Assembly (NCBI RefSeq): GCF_964194155.1
Contig: NC_135893.1
Span: 25,730,001 to 25,794,000, forward strand
Direction: 5' to 3'
DNA length: 64,000 nucleotides
Source of the DNA: Cetorhinus maximus
Lineage: Eukaryota
Below, piece after piece: positions 11,865 to 23,610 of the stretch (position 1 is the first letter of the stretch; each line of letters opens with the position of its first letter). The position numbers were made by a program, and so were the translations under genes. The notes beneath the pieces were generated by a model. The model was not told the origin of the DNA. It saw nothing but the letters and a program-made list of their open reading frames with translations, and did no database searches.

Positions 11865-13420
11865 CTCATGCTTTCCTCTCTGTGTTGTGTTCTAAGTCTA
11901 TCAGCCTTTAATCTCTCTCTCCCCTTGGACGTAACTGAATTTAAAGTACCTGGTGCTCACTTACATCTTCCTAGAAATCTTGATTAGAAGGCTGCATATT
12001 TAATTTTAGGAACTTGGGTCTCAGCCAACATGAGACAGATAAGATGGAGCTGTTTTCTCTCTCTCGCTGATGATAGTTGAGTCTCACAGTCTAGACTCCA
12101 GTAAAAGACACTGGTCATTAAAAAGTGAAGACAGTTGGAACTGAAGCCATTAAAAATAAATAGGTGTATGGCTAGCTCCCTCTGATGGAAACATGTGTAA
12201 CTACGTATCAGTACAATTACCTCAGCCTTTGTGATGTTACGATACAAATGATTAATGCACTCTTCTCAAATTCCTCTCTCCATTGTTTTAATGCGGGCGC
12301 TAACCTTTTAATATGGATTAAAACGTTTGTTAAAATAACAGATAAGGCATTTCATACAAAGAGGAGTATCACACTGTGTGGTTTCCAAGTGATGGTCTTA
12401 AATACAGCATCCCTCCTCCCCTTCAAAAGTTGTTGTTCTACAGGCTTCACTGCCTGACAGGTTACCTTGTCTGTGTTCCTAATAGATGGCAAATGGTGGA
12501 GATCATTCACAATAATAGCTTGACTCAATTGGTATAGCAGCCTCAGTCAGAAGGTTGTGGGTTCAAGACCTACGCTAGGATTTGAGCATATAATATAGTC
12601 TGACTCTCCAGTGCAGTACTGGAGGAGTGCTGCCCTGTTCTAAGTGATGGCCCTCGGATGAGGTGTTAATCTGGGGCCCCATCCAAATATTCCTATGGGC
12701 AAAAAGATTCCAGGCACTATCTGAAGAAGAGTTCTCCCAGCATCCTGGACATTTCTCCATCAACTGACACCAAACTGTAGAGTAAAGGGTTAACTCTATT
12801 AATAGCTTCTGAGCATGTGCGTAAGGAACTGTCACATGATGTCACTTACTGAAAGAAAAGGACTGAGAAGCATCTTAGAGAGTAGCTCCAGCTATGTCCT
12901 GGTCTTGTTCAACCTTTGTAAATAGTTAGCAGGCAAATAAAAGTGTTTTCAATAAAAGACCAACACATCCAGCAAGATCTTTTCTAGATTAAGAAGCTAA
13001 TGAATCCTGAGACAAAACCATGATAACAGATGGCGGCAGCAGTGACTACACCACAGAGAACGGGTGGAAAATGGTGGGAAAAGCCTCAAGTGAAGCCCAG
13101 CAACAGTGCAGCTCAGCGGGTGAAGGACTTCGAGTCCAACCCAGCAACCATACTAGAGATGACAAAATAACAATAGCAGCCCAGTGACTGGCAAGACAGG
13201 CAGACCGGGAAAAGACAACCTCGAACAAGGGTGAGAAATGGCCACTACTTTGCCCTTACCAGAATCATTTCAAAATGTAGAGGGCCCCTGACAGACTGAG
13301 CAATGGCAAAACTGGCAAAGATGTTTTACCTGGTGCTGCAACACCTCAGGTCTTGCAAGTGAAGAGAACAAAGATTAAGTTAGCACTTTGTTATATGCTG
13401 TTGGGAGCATAGCAGATGAT

Positions 13421-14225
13421 GCACTTCACTTGCACCTCCTTCAATCTGGTCGACTGTATTTGCTGCTCCCGGTGCGGTCTCCTCTACATTGGGGAGACTG
13501 AATGTAGACTGGGTGACCACTTTGCAGAACGCTTTCGCTCAGCCCACAAGCATGACCCAGACCTTCCCTTCACTTGCCATTTCAACGCATCATTTTTTTC
13601 TCATGCCCACATGTCAACCTTGATCTGCCGCAATGCTCCAGTGAAGCCGAACGCAAACTGGAGGAATTCCGATTAGGCACTTTGCAGCCTTCTGGACTTA
13701 ACATTCCACAACTTCAGACCTTGAGCTTTCTCCTCCATTTTTACCCTGTCTTAAATTCAATTTTTAGATTTTTATCTATCATTTATTTATTTAATTTTAG
13801 TTTTATCCTTTTTCCCCAACAACTCCCCTCACCCCAGCCCCCCACAGGGCCATCTGTCACTTGTTTCTATGTTGTGCTTTCACAGAGTGCTGACCCTTGT
13901 TCTGGTATTAACAGATTCTGCTATCTTACCTTTATGCCACTATCAGCGCCTTCTTTAGCCTTCAACACTACCATTAACACTCTCTTTGTCTTATGTCCAT
14001 TGACATCTCTGTCAATCTCTCCTGAGTTCCCACCTGACCTTCTATTTTGCTCCACCTGCTCCATCCCCTCTTAAACAGTATAAATCCATCACACTTCTAC
14101 TACTCTTTAGCTCTGAAGAAGAGCCATATAGACTCGAAACATTAACTCTGTTTCTCTGTTTCTGATGCTGCCAGACCTGTTGAGTTTTCTCAGCATTTTA
14201 TCAGCATTTTCTGTTTTCATTTTAG
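13421..14225 (+). mobile_element. older Penelope-like fragment (GIY-YIG end + 3' terminus)
   Basis: HFTCTSFNLVDCICCSRCGLLYIGETECRLGDHFAE, frameshifted; same 3' terminal motif (GATGCTGCCAGACCTG...TTTTCTGTTTT) as 14521-16392. Confidence 0.9.
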
Positions 14226-14520
14226 ATTAGGGTCTCTGCAGAGATGGGCTTTGGAGAATAGACTTTATCAAAGAAAAGGGATAAAGTTGGCAGGGTTCGA
14301 CACTGTCAATCTGGAGTTCCCTCATGTGAAGACAGATCATTAGTCCTAATAGAGGCCTGGAGGTTCTCACCAATGTAGCTTCAGCGTGGAGAAAAATAGA
14401 TCCAGATCAATCTTTCCCATCTCAGCTTCTCGGATTTCCAAATACAGACAAGTTCCACTGATATGAGGATTTTTAGCTGTATACAGACAATCACATGGTT
14501 TCAGGCAAGGCAAAGAGAGT

Positions 14521-16392
14521 TCCAGTTCCCTGGCCCCAACCGCTTCCTCTTCACCATGGATGTCCAATCCCTCTATACCTCTATCCCCCACCAGGATGGT
14601 CTGAGGGCCCTTAGCTTCTTCCTTGAACAGAGGCCCCAACAATCCCCATCCACCACTACTCTCCTCCGTCTGGCTGAACTTGTTCTCACACTGAACAATT
14701 TCTCCTTTAACTCCTCTCACTTCCTCCAAATAAAAGGTGTGGCTATGGGTACCCGCATGGGCCCCAGCTATGCCTGTCTCTTTATGGGGTATGTGGAACA
14801 TTCCTTGTTCCAGTCCTACTCCGGCCCCCTCCCACAACTCTTTCTCCGGTACATTGATGATTACTTCGGTGCTGCTTCATGCTCTCGTCGGGACCTGGAA
14901 AAATTTATTAATTTTGCTTCCAATCTCCACCCCTCCATCATCTTCACCTGGTCCATCTCTGACACTTCTCTTCCCTTCCTTGACCTCTCTGTCTCAATTT
15001 CTGATGATAGACTGTCCACCAATATCCATTACAAGCCTACCGACTCCCACAGCTACCTCGACTACAGCTCCTCACACCCCGCTTCTTGTAAAGACTCCAT
15101 CCCATTCCCTCAGTTCCTTCGCCTCCGCCGCATCTGTTCTGATGACGCTACCTTCAAAAACAGCTCCTCTGACATGTCCTCCTTCTTCCTTAACCGAGGT
15201 TTTCCATCCACGGTTGTTGACAGGGCCCTCAACCGTGTCCGGCCCATATCCCGCGCATCCTCCCTCACGCCTTCTCCTCCTTCCCAGAAACATGATAGGG
15301 TCCCCCTTGTCCTCACTTATCACCCTACCAGCCTCCGCATTCAAAGGATCATCCTCCGCCATTTCCGCCAACTCCAGCATGATGCCACCACCAAACACAT
15401 CTTCCCTTCACCCCCCCTGACGGCATTCCGTAGGGATCGTTCCCTCCGGGACACCCTGGTCCACTCCTCCATCACCCCCTACTCCTCAACCCCCACTTAT
15501 GGCACCTCCCCATGCCCACGCAGAAGATGCAACACCTGCCCCTTCACTTCCTCTCTCCTCACCGTCCAGAGGCCCAAACACTCCTTTCAAGTGAAGCAGC
15601 ATTTCACTTGCATTTCCCCTAACTTAGTCTACTGCATTCGTTGCTCCCAATGCGGTCTCCTCTACATTGGAGAGACCAAACGCAAACTGGGCGACCGTTT
15701 TGCGGAACACCTGCGGTCTGTCCGCAAGAAAGACCCAAACCTCCCTGTCGTTTGCCATTTTAACACTCCACCCTGTTCTCTTGCCCACATGTCTGTCCTT
15801 GGCTTGCTGCATTGTTCCAGTGAAGCCCAACGCAAACTGGAGGAACAGCACCTCATCTTCCGACTAGGCACTTTACAGCCTTCCGGGCTGAATATTGAAT
15901 TCAACAACTTTAGATCTTAAACTCCCCCTCCCCCCATCCCCACCCCGTTTCTTCCCCCCACCCCTGCTTTTTTTTTTCAATAATTTATATAGATTCTTCT
16001 TTCCCCACCTATTTCCATTATTTTTAAATCTAAAACTAAAACCTTGTTAGCCTTTCCACCCCACCCCCACTAGAGCTGTACTTTGAATATCCTGTCCTCC
16101 ATTCTTAATTAGCACTTTTCTCAGATAAAACACCTCTTTGACCCTTTTGTCTGTGACATCTTTTGATTATCTGCTCATCTCCACAATCACCACACCCTCA
16201 ATGTGTCTCTCTCTCCCCCCACCATCACCCCCCCCACCCACCCCCCCACCTTAAACCAATTTATATTTCTCCCTTCTTCTAACTATGCTTCAGTTCTGCC
16301 GAAGGGCCATGAAGGCTCGAAACGTTAACTGATTTCTTCTCCGCCGATGCTGCCAGACCTGCTGAGTTTTTCCAGGTAATTCTGTTTTTGTT
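14521..16392 (+). mobile_element. Penelope-like retroelement (Neptune-type), 5'-truncated, RT + GIY-YIG
   Basis: Uninterrupted ORF to 15920 with MDVQSLYTSIP, QIKGVAMG, RYIDD, PFLD, a Cys-rich linker (CPRRRCNTC) and NLVYCIRCSQCGLLYIGET; exact 14-bp flanking repeat AAGGCAAAGAGAGT at 14507-14520 and 16393-16406. Confidence 0.95.
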
Positions 16393-18087
16393 AAGGCAAA
16401 GAGAGTGCAAGCTGGGCAGTTTTTCACTTTCTCAATTCCATCCCAACTGAACTCAAAAAAACCAAGTCCAAAACTTAAAGCTCACCCTTGTCATGCGATT
16501 TCCAGTAAATCACTAGCCTTTGCTTTTAAACTAGTTTTTTTCCATCTGTTAAAAAAATTGCAGTGCAAACAAGCAAACAGCTCTTGCCTCTTAAGCACCA
16601 TTCTGGTTAGGTGATTTCTTGGAAAAGGCATGCTTGTTCCCTGTCGAAAGGTGAACTTAAGACCCTTTTTTTAAAAAAAATCCAGATTAGCTTTCAAGTG
16701 AACAGATCATGCAGCATCCTTTCATATTTTAAAAGAAAATATGGTTTTTGACAGGTCTTTGTAGTAAAAATGCCTGACACTGATGTTGAACTTTCAAGCA
16801 AGTCTGCACACCAGAGTGCTTGGAGGAACTTCCTATAGATCCCAGTCCTGGAGTTTATCCCAATTTTGATGATGGTGCAATCGTCCTTTCTGCAGCTGAC
16901 CCCGAGATATCATTGTAGCGGAGCAGCCTCACACTGAAGCAAACATGGAATTGATGCCACTACATAATGAAAGAGAAAATCTTACCATAAGAGTCGTATG
17001 GAAGTCCTCTTTTCCTCATTTCCAGCAGCGTCTTCCAGATGTTCATCGTTCTTCTTTTCATCTGCCAGATTCATTCCTTGCCCAGTGTGCAACACAGAAG
17101 AAAGAGGGGGAGAATTCTGGTTCATTGTCATCCTTTTCAAAGGGTTGCGATTGTTCGAGTCCTGGAGGCTTCTCTCTTGAATCAGTTTCTCTGTAATTGG
17201 TCTTCACTGCTTTTACATTCAGGTCGTCGTAACAGTCACAGTCCAGCAGCCAGATGTCATGAGAAGTTGCTATCCCACTCCACCAGTGTGTTTTCCTTCC
17301 GAGGAGACGCTAAGGGAGCACATAAGCCCTCCAATAGAGCTGAGAACCATGTTTGGGATTGATGCCTTTGGTGAAAGTGACTTGGGCTCGGGGGAGGGAG
17401 TGAAGCAGGAGTTGGATGAAAACTATAAACAGTACATGAGTTTAACAGTTTGTGGGAAAAGCGAATTAAGGGGAAATGTAAAGGGCTAACTCTCATAATT
17501 GCTACTGATGTTGTGCGTAAGGAGCTATGTCACAGCGATGTCACTCACTGAGGGAAGAGTACTGCAAAGCATCTTAGAGAGTAGCTCCAGCTATGTCTCA
17601 GTCTTACTTAATCTGTGCAAATAAATGTGTTTTCAACAAAAGACCAAGCCTTCCATGAGATCTCTTCCAGAGTTAGAAGCTAACGAATCCTAACATAATA
17701 CAGGCAAACTACTAAAAAAAACAGATTACCTGGATATTGATGGATAGAGAAACAGAATTAAGGTTTTGACTTGAATGTCTCTTCTTCAGATGCAGATGCT
17801 GCCAGACCTGCTGCGTATTTCTAGCACTTTGTTTTAATTTCAGATTTCCAGCATCTACAGTACTTTGCTTTTATCTCTTGATGTTTGTGGGATCTCTTAA
17901 TGAGTGGCTGCTATATTTTCCCGGATAATAGTGCATTTCAGAGCAAGTTGTTGCTTATGGAGTGCTTTGAGACAAGTCTGAGACATCTAACAAGTCACTG
18001 CAAGTAAGTGTAAGGCTTTTAACACTTGGTAAATTTACTGGTCAATTTGTTACCTGCATATGTCAACTCCTTCAGGTATAAGTGGAG

Positions 18088-19533
18088 CAAATTCAGGAAC
18101 GGTTCCACTAGATTGGGAGTTGGCAAATGTTACACTACTTTTCAGGAAAGGAGGGAGAGAGGAAACAGTGAACTACAGGACACTTAGCCTAACATCAGTT
18201 GTTGGGAAAATACTGGAATCCAATATTAAAGAAGTCTTAACAATGCACTTAGAAAAGCATAGTATGATTAGAACAAGTGAACATGGTTTTACTAAAGGGA
18301 AATCCTGTTTGACAAATTTATTAGAGTATTTTGAGGAAGTAGCTAAGTAGGGTAGATGAAGGGGAACCAGTAGATGTAGAATACCTGGATTTCCAAAAGG
18401 CATTTGATAAGGTGCCACATAAAAGAGTAATAGGCAAGATGGAGTTGGGGGTGATATTTTAGCATGGATAGAGGGTTGGTTAATGGATAGAAAGCAGAGA
18501 GTGGGCATAAATGGAGCTTTTTCAAGTTGGAAGGCAGTGAATAGTGGAGTGCCGCAAGGATCAGTGCTGGGGTCTCACCTAATTACAATTATATTAATAG
18601 CTTAAATGAAGAGACAGAGAGTAATGTATCAAAGTTTGCTGATGATACCAAGCTAGGTGGAGAGGTAAGCTGTGAGGAGGACACTGAGAGGCTGCAAAGA
18701 GATATAAACAGTGAGCGGGCAGCAAGATGGCAGAAGGAATATAATGTAGGGAAGTGTGAAGTTATGCATTTTGGTTGTAAGAATAGAAAAGTAGAATATT
18801 TTTAAAAAGTTGTTAAACTTCTAAGTGCTGATGTTCAAAGAGACTTGGGTGTGGTCATACAAGGAATCCAGAAAGTTATCATGCAGGTGCAGCAGCAATT
18901 AGGAAGACAAATGGCATGTTGGCCTTTATTGCAAGAGGTTTGGAGTACTGGAATCTCACTGCAATTGTACAGGGTTTTAGTGAGACCACAAATGGAATAG
19001 TGAGTGCAGTTTTGGTCTCTACATTTAAGAAAGGATATACTTGCATTGGAGTTGGCACAGTGACGATTCACTAGATTGGTCCCTGGGATGAGGGGTGTTG
19101 TCCTATGATGAGAGGCTGAGTAAATTGGGTTTATATTCTCTGGAGTTTAGAAGAATGAGAGGCGAACTCATTGAAACCTGCGAAGTTCTGAGAGGCCTTG
19201 ATAAGAATAATGCTGAGAGATTGTTTCCTCTGGCTGGCGAGTCTAAAACACGGGGACATAGTCTCATTTAGGATTGAAATGAGGAGAAATTACTTCACTC
19301 AAAGGGTTGTGACTCTTTGGAACTCTCTACCCCAGAGGGGTGTCGATGCTCCATCCTTGATTATATTTAAGGTCGGAATAGATAGATTTTTGGTTTCTTA
19401 GGGAATGAAGGGATAATGGAGAGCATGTGGGAAAATGGAGTTGAAGCTCAAGATCACCCATGATCATACCGAATGGTGGAACAGGTTCGATGGGCTATAT
19501 GGTCTCCTTGTGCTCCTATTTCTTGTTTTTGTG
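18088..19533 (+). mobile_element. CR1 LINE ORF2 remnant
   Basis: DWELANVTLLFRKG, LSLTSVVGK, HGFTKGKSCLTNL, LDFQKAFDKV, SGVPQGSVLG and FADD motifs with stops and frameshifts, plus a CR1 3' UTR. Confidence 0.92.
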
Positions 19534-19820
19534 TTAATTCAGAAAGGCATTTTAAATAGAGCCATTTTCCATTAGTTCACTAACATTGTTCTGGCTCTTC
19601 ATTCTGAGTGAGAATGGGGATTTCTGATGTTACTGCATTGACTCATGTCTCTGCAGCTTCTGAAGAATCTGGAAACCAACGCAATGTTTCATTTGATTTG
19701 CTGCTTTCTTTCTGTCACCCTGTCCTTGACTGAGACCCAGAGGTGCGCATTTTCCAGTAAGCTCCCAGTGTAGGGATCGGGTGCAGTAGCCTTGATAAAT
19801 TCCCCTTCCCTGAAACACTG

Positions 19821-20748
19821 GGCCTGAACTTCCGTGGAGTGGCAGGGTTGGATTGCCACTCTGCTCCTACTTCCTTCCTTTGAAATTCTTTCACTCTAGT
19901 CTCACCCGACCTTCCTACTCAGGCCAGGCAAGAACTGTGCAGGGCGGCGCGCTCCTGAGGCCTTCAGCCAAGCGCTGCAGAATCGGGTGAAAGAAGGTCA
20001 TGCCCCAGTCAGGGGGTGGGGGGGGAATCGGCCAGTAGGGGTAGTGGGGGGTCGATCAGTTTTGGGGGGGGCTGCTAGTCGGAGGGGGGGGAGGGGGTGG
20101 TGGGGGGAATCGGCCAGTAGGGGTAGTGGGGGGTCAATCAGTTTGGTGGGGGGGAGGGGGGGTGCCAGTCGGAGGGGGGTGGGGTGGTGGTGGGTGTCGG
20201 CCAGTCAGGTGAATGGGGGTTGGGCGGGAGGAATCAGTCAGTCAGGGGCGGAAGTGGTGGGTCGGCCAGTCAGGGGTTGTTGTCCAGTCGGTGCAAAGGG
20301 TCGCGCAGTTGGCGAGGGGGGAGTTCAGGCAGTTGGATGGGGATTTAGGCAGTCAGGGAAGGGGGTGGGGGCAGGGAAGGCCCATTGGATGGGTTGGGGG
20401 TCAGGGAGTCCAATAGAGGGGGAGTAGTCGGGGTGTAGGGGAAGTGCGGGGTGGGGTCCTGTGGTGGGGTCGGTTTGGGTCTCTACAATAGTTACCCAGA
20501 ATCTAGAAGTGATTTTAATTCTTCTTTTTCTGGGTAACTATTGGTGTAACCCAGTCGAAGTCATCTGAAGTTTGCAATTTAAGTTCCATTCTCAGATGGT
20601 TCCTGGTGCAGGGCAATTTTCCTGGGGAAGTTTGCAATTCCCAGACAGTTGCCGTGCAATCCTTACCTGGGAAGTTCTGGTGGGCATTCCCCAGCGCATC
20701 TTTGGGGTTCCCCCAGATACGGTGCCCTGGAGCTCAGAAGTTACGCCC
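19821..20748. mobile_element. probable TIR element with G-rich core
   Basis: GGGCCTGAACTTC...GAAGTTACGCCC termini; internal inverted repeat AATAGTTACCCAGA/TCTGGGTAACTATT (20487-20542); G-run repeats 20005-20480. Confidence 0.45.
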
Positions 20749-22203
20749 ATTGTATCTAATTGTAATATTCCTATTGTCTCCTCAGATGTGATACCACAGA
20801 AGGAACACTCCTTGAATTTTGAGATCCTTTCATTCAGGTTTCCTTTGGCTAACAATTAATCCCTTTATTCTTCTTCCTGCATGATTGATTACTGCTTTGA
20901 GATTATGGTTCCTCATGAACGCCCTTGCCATCTCCTACAGTTCACTGAGGTCAGAGTCCTTTTCTAACGTCCTTCTTACCAGGTTATTAACATTCCAATT
21001 ATGCCCCTGGCAGCTCCAAATTTATTGAGATTCCTACCCTTTTACACGTCCATTCCAGCTCTCCTGTGCTCCTGCATTGTGGTGCTGCAACATTCATTGC
21101 CCTCCTCCCTATTGTTTTTTTGCCCTCTCAAGCATGATCACCCCAAATCCAGTCGGGCCCCCTTTAGGACCAGCTTGGCTGGCAAACTGTACCCAAGGAG
21201 GTTTCAGAACAGGTGTCGAGTCGTGCTTGAATGGACAATGCTGAAGTCATGTTGAGCACGTGTATCAAACAGTGTTGGTCTGATTCTCAAGGCAATATTA
21301 CATGCCCTCAGTGTTTGCAACAGCAGTGTTTTATACGAGGAGGATTCCATGCAAAGGGTGAACATCACTGCTTCATTAGGCTATCAAACCTGTCTTTTCC
21401 CCATTGGCTATTAACTATGTCCTTAATAATAATGTAAAGCAAAAATAGGAAACACGCAACACTGTATCTGAAGAGAGAAAATAGAGGCTAATATATTGAG
21501 TGGAGACCATCATTCAGTGTTCCATCCATAGCCTTCATGTGGGAGTCTAGAATGAAGCTTGCATTTATATACCACGTTTCACATCATCAGACAACTGTTT
21601 GTAGACTTTCACTATAGCAAAATATTCCAATGTGCTTCATGAGAAGCTGCATCTGGGAGAAGGTTTTAGGGGAGGTGACTAAAGGCAAGTTTGTAGATGC
21701 AGGTTTTAAAAAATTACTACTGAAGGTGGGAGGAGGCATGGTAAGGTGGAGGGGTTTTAATGGAGAATTTCATAGAGCTGAACATCGCTAGCTGAAGGCT
21801 GTGCCACCAATGGTGCCCATGGGTCCTGATAGGCAATTGGCCATGACCAGCATTACACTGGGCATGATCCTGTCCTGTACCAATACCCAAATGGATTCAC
21901 ATTGGAACAGGTGTAACCAGAAGCTGATCAGGAGTGGGAAGAGCAGCTGCAGAATTTTCTCTGCACTGGCTCACCCTCTGATGTTCCCCTTGACTAAATA
22001 ACCCACAGATGCCAACACGGTAGGTTTGCACATAAGGATTGGTGACAAGATATCAAAGGATTGCTATTCGAGCAGGAGTCAGCCTATTTGGGAGTGGAAA
22101 GAGAAAAGTGAGGGGGAAAAAAATGAAGTTTACAAATGTTCTCACATTCTCTCCCAAGGAGAGAGATCGAAACACACCGAGGCACAGCATAGGTAAGCAG
22201 CGG

Positions 22204-22209
22204 TTTATT
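22204..22209 (-). terminator. candidate polyadenylation signal of CFAP107
   Basis: AATAAA on the minus strand about 230 nt after the stop codon. Confidence 0.55.
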
Positions 22210-22441
22210 ATTAAAAGCTTTTTTCTTAAGATATATTCTATCAATATGTTGATAGGTGTTAATGAACTACCTCCACAAGTTCATGGTCATGATTCAATGT
22301 CCCTGCTGTGGTGTTCCTAACATGCCCCATGCCAGCGAAGGCTGGGTATATTGTCACACCCCACTTTTTGCCATTGCGTTAGGCCTGGTCAAAGAATACT
22401 GGGGCAATTTTTTGTCATTTTTTGACACAGGCAGTGTGGGA

Positions 22442-22593
22442 TTATTGTTGGCTACTTATGGGCTCCCGTGGAACAAGCGAATCGGGTCCATAGGATACCG
22501 TGTAGATGGTGTCATATATCCCAGACTGGTACTGTGCTTGTCTCTTCAATTTAGCTAACTTGTCCTCTAAGAGGCCAAAATTGGTCGGAGGAG
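22442..22593 (-). CDS. CFAP107: CFAP107 coding exon 4 (terminal)
   Basis: ctttcag acceptor, (A)PPTNFGLLEDKLAKLKRQAQYQSGIYDTIYTVSYGPDSLVPREPISSQQ-TAA. The four exons total 573 nt (190 aa). Confidence 0.9.
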
Positions 22594-23039
22594 CTGAAAG
22601 GAAACAGATATAACAACAACAGTGGTTTGTATTTACATAAGTGCCTTTAATGTAGTAAAGTAAGCCGAGGAGTGCTTTCTAAAAAAAATTGACACCAAGC
22701 CACATAATACAAGCATTGGTCAGAGGTGAGTTTTAAGGAGCATCTTACGCATGGGAGAGAAGGGGAGCAGGTTAGGGAGGGAATTCCAAGTCTTAGGTCC
22801 TAGGCAGCATAGCTGCTCATGGAGGGGTGAAGCCAATTGGGAATGTGCAAGATGCAGACCAGATGGTCCCAGGTTTGATCCCTGCTTGGTGCTGAGTTAA
22901 CTGATCTCAGCTGTGATAGCATGGTAGGGCCTTAACAGCCTCAAACTGGGAAGGGGAAAAAATTGGTCTGGATTTCTTGGTATCCGATCATTATTGGCTT
23001 GAAAACTCACACATGAATGGCAAACAAGGGCAGGACTGT

Positions 23040-23262
23040 TCATGACCACCTCCCACCACCTTCACCACCCCCGCCACACACCATCCCCACCTCCCACCAC
23101 CTTCACCACTCCCGCCACACACCATCTCCACCTCCCACCACCTTCACCACCCCCACCAGGCATGACCCCCACCTCCCACCACCTTCACCATCCCTGCCAC
23201 GCACAACCCCTCCCGCCCTCCCCAACCACCACCCCCCCCACCCACCTCCCACCACCACCACC
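23040..23262. repeat. C/A-rich tandem repeat (about 39-bp unit) in CFAP107 intron 3
   Basis: CACCTCCCACCACCTTCACCAC repeated about four times. Confidence 0.9.
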
Positions 23263-23435
23263 ATGGAAGAATAAGCCGCCAATACTCCCAACTGATGAAT
23301 GACCATTTGGACATAGGAGCAGAGAGTTGCTGGCACCCAGCAAACCACATCCTGCCAAGAGTCAGTTTCTTCAATAGGAGAAGGAAGGCGTGAAAAGGGG
23401 GAGAAATTGGCATAAATATGCATTGTAATACATAC

Positions 23436-23610
23436 CTATTAGCGGATAGTCTGCAGTTTCTGGGACCCAGCTTAACCTTTTCATATTCCATTTACGAAGT
23501 GGAGGCAAACATGGGTTTGGGCGTCTATTGAAATGTTCATCGTAATGAGTAACATAGTACCAAGAGTGTGGAATGTTGTGATGAGTAAAGAATACTGAAA
23601 GAGGTATACC
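23436..23610 (-). CDS. CFAP107: CFAP107 coding exon 3
   Basis: ttttttag acceptor, GIPLSVFFTHHNIPHSWYYVTHYDEHFNRRPNPCLPPLRKWNMKRLSWVPETADYPLI, G|GTATG donor; 175 nt, phase 0/1. Matches the family motif THH...YD.H.NR...P.LPPLR.WN...L.W.PE..D.PL. Confidence 0.92.

Larger units (their letters stand above)
12776..17702 (+). mobile_element. decayed Gypsy-type LTR retrotransposon
   Basis: Two related TG...CA repeats (12776-13028, 17477-17702), PBS-like TGGCGGCAGC at 13031, PPT AAGGGGAAA at 17468-17476. Gag-like remnant 13238-13420 (LPLPESF...QWQNWQRCF...SGL...VSTLLYAVG..ADD, with stops). CAAAC on both flanks, the right copy offset by GG. Confidence 0.75.
12510..17990 (+). mobile_element. DeuSINE split by the LTR element (halves 12510-12775 and 17705-17990)
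   Basis: The left half ends ...TCAACTGACACCAAAC and the right half resumes ACTAAAAAAAACAGATTACCTGG...GTTTGTGGGA, as in intact copies. Confidence 0.7.

Noticed and set aside
14367-15907. Overlapping and antisense ORFs within the Penelope-like element
   Set aside because: Shadow ORFs caused by the C-rich codon bias of the RT frame.
16986-17132. MTMNQ...RLL as the first exon of the TMEM151-like gene (phase-compatible)
   Set aside because: It lies inside an LTR element that splits a SINE, so it cannot be an ancestral exon; no homology support.
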